From: Acanthaster planci
Taxonomy: Eukaryota
Direction of reading: 5' to 3'
Length of the DNA stretch: 64,000 nt
Assembly (NCBI RefSeq): GCF_001949145.1
Contig: NW_019091359.1
Span: 3,326,431 to 3,390,430 of the forward strand
The notes beneath the pieces were generated by a model. The model was not told where the DNA came from, searched no databases, and saw only the letters and a list, made by a program, of their open reading frames with translations. Numbering within the stretch: the first letter of the stretch is position 1; each line of letters starts with the position of its first letter. Below, piece by piece: positions 1 through 10,700 of this stretch. A program made the translations under genes and the position numbers.

Positions 1-3000
1 CAGCACGCTTGTCAGTGACCCTCCAACACCACAGTGAAGGTTGAGCCCGCCTCGTCTGATTGGCCAATGAATGTTGAAACCATCGTTAGGTTCCAGATAT
101 AAAGCCTAAAATTAAAAAAATTCACAAAAATGTGAAATCGACCATGTCATCAATTGACAAAAACTTTAAATGGTGCCTGGCATCAACTTGTCCAGTGAAC
201 GATCTCATAAAGGTATAAATTATTGGTTATGACTGTAATAAAGAGGTCAACTCATGAGGCCAGTGTTTCTTGAGGAGTTGGAAGGAGGGGTCTAGAAATC
301 ATCTGATGCTGGGGGCACTATGCAACGTCAACATTCTGACTCTATGCATGTACAGTATAGTGCTGTTCACTGCATCATGCTGACTTGACACAGGATTCTG
401 CCAACGGGAAGAAAAGTTTTGTTGACAAAGCTGAAACAAGGAGGGTGGGAGTGTTGAGGGGAGGGTGACACTCCCACCCACCCCAGCTCCCGTATCTAAT
501 AACTGCTGAAGTGTGTCATCTATGAAACAGGAACCATTTCACAGGATAAAAGATGTCTTCCATTCCTCAAATGAACAACATCCTTCAAGGACAAATTCCA
601 CCAGAATTGAAATGCTAATGACTCAAGCTTTTCAGATCTACAGAAAAAAAGTAATTAGAAATGCTTACTTTTGGATCTTGTTAGATTTAGCATGGTTAAA
701 ATTTTAACAGACATACCAAAACACTATGCAAAAAAAATATATTTATTCTATAGAACATAACAAGATCTAAGTCACTTGGGATCAGCTACCATTTTTCTCG
801 TCAATGTCTTCTGTACTAACCTCTTCACCAATGATGAACTCTGGTTTGCTAGATGTGTCACTCCACTGCATACCTGAATTGTCATCTATTGGCTGTGATT
901 TGACTGCACGGTTGAAACCAGTCACCTGACAATGAATAATATACTCCAAAAAAACTTCCATACTAAAGACAGATAACTTCACTTTATTCAGATGTCCCCA
1001 GTTCAAGTCAAAGTGGTATGCTCCACCCCAGCAAGTCCTTTAGTGGGGTGGGGATTAACATATCAGTCTAGAAATGGCTGATGCCTAAGGGTCTGTCTCA
1101 TAACTGACCCTGCTTTAAAAATTGCTCTGCTGCTGTTGCTAACAATAGCATCTGCATAAATGCACAAATGAAACCTCCTTGTGATGCATGGAATAGACGT
1201 ACATGTAAGCCACTTCTTATGCAGCTTCTTAATTCTGTCATCAACGAGGGAGAGAGCCACAAAACTGCGTCCAAATCATCAACCAGGCTGGCCCTACCAC
1301 CTTAATCACCGCCATACCTCTGCAGCAGGAACACTTTGTCTACGCTGACCCTGAGACGTCTTACGAGACCAGATGGCTTGCTCCACCATCTTGAGAGTAT
1401 GTTCTTGCTGAGTCTCACTATTAGGATGCTGCAAGGATCAATCAATCAATCAATATCAATCTACACATGTAGTTCTTAATGCGGTGTCATTTTCCAATAA
1501 ACCTCTGCAATGATGACACCACACCCTGTGCTTTCCTATAGTGCTCAGTGGACCATGTGAGTGATGTTGTTAGTACACAGACCTGTTAAGCCCTGCGTTA
1601 GACAGTGTAGAATCAGAACCATTTGAACATAAGTTCAGGGTGCAATACAGTGTACTAAAAAAATTGGATAAGGTGATCAACGGGGCGCGCCATGATATCC
1701 AACTCTACGGGAGGGTGCACATACATGTATATGACAGTCAGTTACAAGCTAAGACATGCTTCATTAAGCTAATTACATGTATGTGTATGAACACAGAAAC
1801 TTGCTAAGCTTTTAAGACAATAGGTTAGCAGAAACAAGCAACAAGCCAAAAACTTCATGCATTGCTCACAACTGGTACCACTCATCTGGCTTTTTGGCTT
1901 AATTCATAAATTTCCTTAGTAAGCACTTTCGCTCAGTAGCTTTGTGAATAGGGCCATAATGTGAATACATGTATATTAATTTATATACTCTAACATGAGG
2001 AGACTGCGGTGGCAACATGCTCATTGTTGGCGCAAGTTCTTGACTGAAGCTGTGAGCGCATATTGGCAAGTCATGATACCCTATTGTCACTTGTTCCAGT
2101 GTCCCACTCAACAGAGTAAGACATTTGACAGTTTAACATCTACAATTCACAGCACCTGTTTACTACCAATTTCTACACTTTTTTACAGCATTTGTAGAAT
2201 AGTTTTAGTAGAGTTTTATGAAACAGACAGTAATATAGGAAAACTATACAACTGTATAACAAATATGGCCTAGTTCATGAGGAAGGTAGACTCAACTCTG
2301 TCAGAAGACTGTTTTAGGGATAAGTCTTAACTTGGTAGGATTTTCATGAGAAAGCACCAGTTAGACAATGACTTCCGTGCTTTTGTAACTTTGATGTTTA
2401 ATGGATGAATAAAATAAACAGAACTGTAGTTATGTTCTCAACATAAATACAAACTGAATAATTTGAACTTACAAATATACCATCCCTGATGAGAACTGAG
2501 TCTTCATATTTCGGTAGGATGGACCGATCCTTCTGTCTTCTTGCAATGACTTGTGGGATAGTAACAGGTAGAGCGTCTGTTGCACGGCCAATCCGTAACC
2601 AGTAGGATCCTGGATGAATCACCACAACTGTGGCCCATTGTATTGGCTAATAATTACAAGCCAATGAGATCAAAAGCAGAAACATAAAACATACAGTAGT
2701 TTTGATACATTTATTTGCTAAAAAAATCTGTGAAAAAAAAACAGAAAAGAAGAAGTAACTTCCTTCTCCAAACGTCTCTATTTTTTACAAGTTTCCACCT
2801 CCACCTCATAATACATGTAGCACTGTCTCATTCCTCCAACATCCCTTGAAAGTCTGGATTGGTATACCTGACAAGAATGTAAAGTGATATGCATGTATAC
2901 ACGACAAACTGATGACATCATTTTTGCTGAAGGGCAAAACCCTTGAAAGCAGTTACTTTTCAATTGATGCAGTATCTAGTCATGCTAGGCAAAGTCACTA

Positions 3001-4467
3001 GGACTCTACAACTTGCTTTATACCTATTTAGCATTTTCACATAACGATCAAGCGACTACAATGTGTTCCCTTTGGGAAGAGATCCATCATGTGGATGCCA
3101 GTAATTATTCCCTACAACAAGGCTACAGTGACCTATCAGTTACTTTTATTAACCATCAGAAAGCAAAAACATGTCCAGAAAACTGAAAAGCTCAATTTAG
3201 GGGGGAAAAAACACCAAGTCATTTACTAATAAAAACAATTGGAATTTTTCAGACCGGTCTGACCAATATTTGACTTCTCCAAAACGTTTGATACTGTCCC
3301 CCGTGAGCATCTGAAAGCTAAGCTTCATATGTATGGAATACGTGGAAAGTTACTGAAGTGGATAGCCAACTTTCTTCAGATGCGTAAACAAAGAGTGGTG
3401 TTCAATGGATCTAGTTCTGATATGGATTCTGTGGACTCTGGTGTGCCTCAAGGCACAGTCCTCGGCCCTCTTTTACTTTTGCTTTACATCAACAACATCA
3501 CAGACAATCTTCAGTCAGAAATTTGTCTTTTTGCTGACGATTGCATTTTCTATAGAAATATCCACAACCGGGCTGACTGCATCACACTTCAGGAAGAAAT
3601 TGATAAACTCCATGAATGGGCCTCTACACGGCAAATGTAATTTAAGGTGGAAAGCTTGCAGTAGCACCATGCAAGGATACAATCTCTTTTGTGAGTCTGT
3701 ATGGTTCTGAAAAGACCAGGTAAAACAGCCACTGGAAACAGTATTCAACTTGATTTGCCGCACAGCAAAACTGAAGCGCATAGGAATTCCTTTGTACCCA
3801 GAACTTGTAGAGATTGGAACAGGCTTCCTGATACAATAGTCTCAACAATGTCAATCAGCTCTTTTGGGGATCAGGTTCTTGTGTTTATCTGATCCAGGGA
3901 CAGGAACTTAAAGTAACTTTGTGTCACGTCTTCTCCCGTGGCTATACGTGGATTCAGTGAATCTGTTGCTACGTACTGTATAAAGAAGTCTCCTTCATTT
4001 GTCATAGGGTGTGCGTACAGGGTGTCAAGCGGCGTCTGTACTATATGGAACTCTTTTTTAAGTTCCATTCATTCAATCATCATGATAATTCATCCCCCGT
4101 ACCCCCAGAACTGTGGGGTCCGACTCCGCTCCCACGAACGTTCATGGGAGTACATGTATAGGGGGGCGGACGTCAGACCCCACAGTTCTGGGGGTGTCCC
4201 CCCCCCGGCCCACCAGCGGGTTCGCTGTCATGGCTGTCGTCCGCTTAGCCCCACTAGTGTGGCACGCACTCTCACTCGGGAGTGAGAGTCCGTAGTAGTG
4301 GGGCTATCGTCCGCTCGGCTAATCATGCTCGTGAGTAGGCCTACATGTACAGTAGTTCTACCGTAGTTTCACACTACAACGGCAATACGGGGTATCATAC
4401 AGTTACTTCAATTCATCATGACTGAATTATTTCTGGATGTAGCCTATCATTACTTTACCTCAACCAT
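1..4467 (-). CDS. ACTR8: Actin-related protein 8 (INO80 complex subunit), 5' part; gene continues past the left window edge
   Basis: Minus-strand phase-0 GT-AG exons: 4467-4459 (MVE; tentative first exon), 2646-2473 (PIQWATVVVIHPGSYWLRIGRATDALPVTIPQVIARR...), 1428-1318 (HPNSETQQEHTLKMVEQAIWSRK...), 925-821 (VTGFNRAVK...KPEFIIGEE), 105-1 (ALYLEPNDGFNIHWPIRRGGLNLHCGVGGSLTSVL). Matches the recalled Arp8 motifs VIHPGSxxLRIGRATD and NIHWPIRRG. Confidence 0.93.
3270..3990 (+). mobile_element. 5'-truncated, internally deleted CR1/L2-group LINE remnant (RT C-terminal half) in ACTR8 intron 1
   Basis: Translation DFSKTFDTVP...YGIRGKLLKWIANFL...QRVVFNG...SGVPQGTVLGPLL...YIN...LFADDC, then a stop/deletion and the typical C-terminal SFVPRTCRDWNRLP. 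Confidence 0.9.
4101..4196. repeat. Short palindromic MITE-like repeat; related copy at ~21906-21972
   Basis: ACCCCCAGAACTGTGGGGTC ... GACCCCACAGTTCTGGGGGT inverted arms; the second copy shares GTCAGACCCCACA(T/G)TTCTGGGGGT. Confidence 0.65.
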
Positions 4468-4723
4468 GATTCCAAGGAACCCAGACGAAATAATCAACAC
4501 ACCGACGCAAGACACATCTTAAATCGTGCATCTGTTTCCCTGAGTCCAAAACGATTGTGCCTGTAAGTTTGAAATATCTTCACTAGTCTGGTCCCAAATG
4601 AATCATTCATTTATTTCATTTTCATTGGCCAATGACGTCTGCATTAACTGTTTGCTCTTTGACCTATGCTAAACAACTCCACCTGCCGCGCCTGCGGGAT
4701 AATCGCGGAAGTGTTCTTCAGAA
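4468..4723. promoter_or_regulatory. Bidirectional promoter/5'UTR region between ACTR8 and the WASP-like gene
   Basis: Divergent ATGs at 4467 and 4724. Palindromic ATTGGCCAAT (CCAAT box on both strands, 4624-4633) overlaps a CRE-like TGACGTC (4633-4639). Confidence 0.65.
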
Positions 4724-7700
4724 ATGGCGAATCCTCCAAATCGCAGAGCAACGCCGGTTGCAAATGCTCCTTCAAAGCTTCTCTCCCAGTCTGAAAATGA
4801 TCAAGTATTTAACCTTCTCGGTAGAAGATGTTCGGTAAGTCGTTGTTTGAATGTTGTGAGAAATCAGCAAATTAATAGGCCTAGTTTACACAAAATTAAG
4901 GAAGTTTCACACCAGCATGACTAGGCTCACGCTAACCCCATACATACCATATTACTAGTTCAACGTTATCAATAATGTTACGCCCCAACTATAGATAGCA
5001 TAAGCCCCAACTGTAGTGCTGCAGTTGAGCTGGCCCAACTATTGTTGACCAATGTCTGTGGGAAATGTCTCAACATTATCCAAGTCAATGTGTCTCACAG
5101 TCACACTTGACACAATTCATCAAAAATGTGGCACTTACACCTGTGACCAATGACATGGCAAAATTGTAAACAATATGACTTTGGCACATGCCGGGCACAT
5201 CATGCACACAGGACCTCTCTGCTATAGTTGGGCCGGTCCAACTGTAGCACTCTAAAAAAAAAAATACATCTTGAAAATGTAGCACTCTAGTTGGAACTTG
5301 CCCAACTATAGTTGGGATGGGCCCAACTATAGTTGGGACTGATGCTATAATTGGGGCGTAACAATAACAATACATGTATCACGAAGTCATGTAAGTATCA
5401 GTCTCGCACTCCGCCTGTTTCCTGTACAAAAAAAGCACGAAAACAGAAGAAACATTACACTTACATGATTGGGCTGTTGGGGAAGAGTTCCACAGACGGG
5501 CGCCAGTAAGCCTGCAGAAAGCAAAAACATGTCCAGAGAAGTTCATTTTAGGACAGTAGGTTTTTTAGGAGGGAAAAAACCCCAAGTGGCTATCAGTACG
5601 GCAGCCGTAATGCATCTCCCATTTTCTATCGTTGCGGCACTGAACTGCGCAAGTGCGAAGACGTAGCTGATCATCACGATGGTTTATATATTTTAAAATT
5701 ACCTGGGTCGCTGAATGCTTGTGGCCGAGTGGTCAAGGTGGAAGGTTTGGAACCACTGGTGTGTGAGTTCGAATCCGTGCTTGGACCATTTTATTTCATG
5801 TTTTATACCATAATTGTTTTTTATGTTGGTTTCTAATTGTATAGGCCTAAGCAGGAAATTTTTTTCTTTTCTTATCGGAGGCTTTGGAGAATTTTTTTTA
5901 AAGGGAAATAAAGTCCGAAATCTGCGCAAAGTTGGCGGGCTTGCGCAGTTGCAGTGCCGTAACGATAGAAAATGGGAGATGCTTTATGGCTGCCGTAACA
6001 ACAGCCACGGCGAAAGTCATGTAGGCTTACTAGTTTTTTAGACCAGTCTAAGTGGCGTCTGTATTGTATGGAACTCCTTCCCTGCCACCCTTTTTCAGAA
6101 TAAATCACGGTCAGTAGGGCCTACGTCACATTTGCTAGCGTGGGAGTCATTTCACTGATTCAAGTCCCCCCCCAAGAACCCAATGTACCTGTCCCCCACA
6201 AAAGTGAACATTGTGTAATGTTCGGCGAATGAATGCTTGCGATTGTAATTGTTGTAGACAATTTGTTCCCCTCTAGCCATGCTAGCTTTGTTCACTAAAA
6301 TCAGTGTGGCAATGGAACAGGAAATTTGCTTATTATTATTTGTTTGGCAGGCAGTTTGCATTAATTCATCACTCTTAGAAATTAGAAAATTACAAAATCA
6401 TACATACATATATGTCAGATGTAATAGGGACATGAAAAAAATTGAACCCCTATTTTCTGGAATTATCCTGTGTACATGCGTGTACTGTGCACAAGTTCAG
6501 TGCAATTCTGTCAACTCATCTCAGTAACTCAAAGTTGACTCAAAACTCCACTTACATGTTTCTCAATGACAGTCTTCATTCCAGCCCACAGAATAGGGTA
6601 TGTAGAAAAGTACCCCGCTAACTCAAAATTCCCACACCATTATGTCCGCTTAACTCAAAAGTTTTTGAATTGCTGATCCCAAAAGACTGCTGCCAAATCA
6701 CTGAAAATGAATTGGAAAAGAATGCAAGACTGTAATCATGAGTCATTTCTGCCAACTACACTTCATCTTTTTAGCATGAGGACATTTAAATATCCCACTA
6801 TTTGGGATATTAGGACTTTAATTGCGTGTGTTTATGCGTGACACAGATTTATCCGTGTGTGCATGCAGCTTTTGAAATGTGCATGTGATTGACTTAACGT
6901 TATTCATCCTTAATAGCCAATCAGCGTCATTTTTGTATTCTACACGACCAAAGGCTAATGAAGGAACACACATGCAGCCCAGAGTGTCTATATCACGTTT
7001 CTTGACACATTCAATGAAGCATTTCCTAGAATCTTCCTCAAACCCTCCGCAAACCCACTGCCCTCTACACGGTGTCCTCGATGATACATGTACTGCTGCT
7101 TACCAATCAATTTCGACATGCTTTAATTCATTTTGTACTGCTTCGTTCTCATGAAGAACTCTTTTGACATCGTATCCACATAGCCACCAACCAGGCACTC
7201 ATTTTGGATTTAGAATTTTTTCGTCCTCTTTCCCTTCACTTTGTGTACAAATCCCAAAACCACTTTGTCACCATAGAAAATATATCACCCTTTCAGGCCA
7301 AATTCACCAAAGAAAAGTGGCTCTGGAACCATTGTGATTAATGTGCTGTATTTCTTTCTTCCTTTTTCTGATGACAGACTTTGACAACGGCTGTAGTGCA
7401 GGTGTTTTTGGCCCAGCCTCCTAACTCCTGGACTAAGAAATGCTGTGGTGTAGCTTGCTTCGTTAAAGACACCAACAATCGATCTTACTACATCAGAGTT
7501 TTTGATATTGTGGTAAGCTCCAGCCAGGTTCAGTGATGATTTTTCACCCACTTTTTTCACAAGAGGTATCTTGAGACAAATTTTTGGAGGGGTTTTGAAA
7601 TCATAAACGTTTCCATCTTTGCGCTGTTAGAGTTAATGCTCTTATTCTGTATTTATTGATAGCATGTGGAAAATGTTGTCCATTGTTTTTACCAAGGAAA

Positions 7701-10700
7701 ATGAAACAAGCTTATAAAAAAAAAGTGAAATCACGCTGTTGGCTGTGTTAGGAATAATTGTCTTTTGCAACCCTTTCCAATGTTTTTATTTTTGCAGAGA
7801 GGAATGAAAGTTTGGGAACAAGAACTTTACAATCAGTTCAAGTACTTTGTTGTTGAGGGCAAGCAGTTTTTCCACACGTTTGCAACAGATGTGAGTATTC
7901 TAAGTCTATGGAGGATCTGTAGAACTGTGGAGTGTTTAGAAAATTAGACCTTTCACAGTAGTTTAACTTGAAATTCTTGTAAATCTATCCAGCTGTTTGG
8001 GATTTTTTTCATAGTTCATATTACTCTAGGACGTCATGAGGACTCATAAATCACTTCCTCAAAACAGTTCATTGTACCAAACTACATGTACGATACACAG
8101 GTCTTACAGAGTTACTTGTTACAACCATAAAATGATTTAAACTGTCAAAATCCCCCGATAAAATCTGTCAATGTAGGTGTGGACTCTAATATGGAAGATA
8201 ATTTGCATGACTTTTCGTTTCTTGACTGCCTACGTTTAGACTTGCTGGGCTGGCCTGAACTTTGCCAGTGATGCTGAAGCTAATGAATTCTCCAAGTGCA
8301 TCACCGATAAGATTAAGGACAAGCAGCGGCGTAGAGAAGGTAAGTTGGGGGTCCTCACACTGGAAGCTAAGTTGGGGGTCCTCACACTGGAAGGTATTAA
8401 AGTCAAGGGTCTTCACACCGCTTGTGTGTCAGACAGTGCCATAAAATTAACTTCCATCCAAGTGCCAAAAAAACATGGAAAAAGGGGATCATGTATGTCT
8501 ACCACATGGCAAGACAACATTTAGTTTCAATTTAAACAATTGTTGACCGCTGTTGTGTGAGATATGACGTTTTGAACACCCGAGGGATGAATAGGGCCCT
8601 GAGGCAAAATGATTTGTCATACCCCTGTCTTGATTAAAGAATTTATCCAAAGAAACAAGCTCCAAATTTCGGAAGATGACAGGCCTTCCGTCAAAAAGTA
8701 TAATTAACCCTAACAAACATAAACGATATTTTCTGCAAAAGCTGTATTCCCTTACTTTTTTTCATTGTGTAAACTTTAATGTGAAAGTAGGGGGGGTACC
8801 ATCGAGTACAAGTTCACATGTCATGTAGTCTGATTAGCGTTCCCTTCATTACCTTTTACGCTGCGGGGACGGGAACAAGTCTGTTATATGAGCATGATCA
8901 ATGATCAAATTCCCTGGTAGCCTATGCACAAAACTTATCATGGGTACCAAACAAAACTGACGGAGGGGAAATATTCACTCTCAGACTTCCCAAAGTTCTT
9001 CCGTCTCACGTGCATGCACACGCACGCATTATCGGCAGAATGAGATATCTCGCAGTGAGTGTGATATGCAGATATGTCGTCCTGTCGTGATCGTTTTGGG
9101 CCAATAAACAGACAGTATCCAAGACAGAGATATGACCATGCCATTTGAACCACAAATTTTCATAACACTAATGTAAAAGTTGTGATTGATGCATGATTTC
9201 ATTCCCAATTTAGACAAAAAGCGCCGTGCCCCTGATGCACCTCCACAGAAACGCCCCAACGTTGCTCCTCCGGTCCCAGCGCAGAACACATGTAAGTACA
9301 CCCACAGTGTCAAACTGGTCAAACTTAGCTACGAGGAAGCTCCGTCAGGGGTGTGTTCAACTGCACAATATTTGGCATACATATGCATATGACTAACAAC
9401 GTTATACAAGGTACATGTATGTACATGTATGGCTATTGAACGTGCCCCAGGTCTTCGCATGGGGGAGGTTCTACAAGGTTCGCGTCAATCCATCACTGGA
9501 GTGCAAATCAGCCCCTCCAGTTGCATTATCGGAGGGAGGGGTTCTCTTCCAAAAATGCCCGAGTACTGCCTGCATCTTAGCTGGACAAGCGAGGCCAGTA
9601 ATATCCTAGCAATACTAGTAGTGTTTTGCTTGCAATTAAATACAAATTATTGCTGTGACCAGGAAATAGAGAGAGAAAAATCCCTGATATTAGACCACCT
9701 TTTGGCCATCGTGAATAATGTTGATACACTTCCATTATCCATGCAGAGTTTGTAATTTTATTCTCCTCCCTCCAATACATCAGTTTTCAATGACTTGGTA
9801 CAAATTCGGCTATGACTGGTCAACAAAATGTTGACTTCTACTGGAAAGCTAAGTTCATCAGGAACAAAATGGACTATTTCATCACAGGGAGTGATCATGA
9901 AATCTCGTAAAATACACCTTTGTACAAATGCCGTAATAAAAATGATTTTTTTAAACAAAATCTTGTAAACAACGGGGCTATTTATTCCCAAAATAACTCC
10001 AAAAGAAAGCATTCATTAAGGGCAATGACTACACATATGGATTTAGGGCACGACGTAATACAAGCAACTGCACAAGCATTAATTTGATGTTGTCATGAGA
10101 TCAAACCAAGCACCAGCAAATGCATGAATATTCATGTTCATATCCTATACTTCAGTGCACAAAGTTTTAAGGATACAGAGTACCAGTGAAAACTTGCGGC
10201 GGCGATCATAGGGTACAAATAGACAAAGGGTTTTTGTGGTTGTGAAACAGATTGTGCATAGCAAGTGCTTAAAGCACTCTGGCTAGGGACATACCTGGCA
10301 TGCCAGAAAGCGATAAATGGCCGGATGTTATAGCCCGGGTAGTTCAAACTCCTTCTGTGTCCTTCCTCTATGTAAGGAAATTCCTTGAAACAACTGTGAA
10401 ATAAAATGGATTGGGGGGTGTTCAGGTAAAATTAGAATAAAAATTAAAAATTAATAGTAAAATTCTAAATCAAAATTGTTGGAAATCCCTCATTGTATAG
10501 ACTTCTTTTGACTCTTTGACTAAAACAGGTATTTATGATGGTGTACTATTTACAACGAACATTTCTTTCTCTCTCTTGCCTCCCTCCAGGCGACGCAACC
10601 AGACGATGCGACGGCATGACGACTCCCTTGTGTCATGCTGTCGGGTTGAACCGTCGCATTCTTGCCATTTTGTTTGTACACACACGTCGCATCGTGCCAT

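Noticed and set aside
2486..2515. CTGATGA as a hammerhead core
   Set aside because: No stem II followed by GAAA; it is antisense ACTR8 coding sequence.
5717..5790. Functional tRNA gene
   Set aside because: A and B boxes are present but I cannot form a convincing acceptor or anticodon stem; treated as tRNA-derived.
9451..9597. Possible in-frame 147-nt cassette exon in WASP intron 5
   Set aside because: No polypyrimidine tract, weak donor (GTAATA), and no recognisable peptide features.
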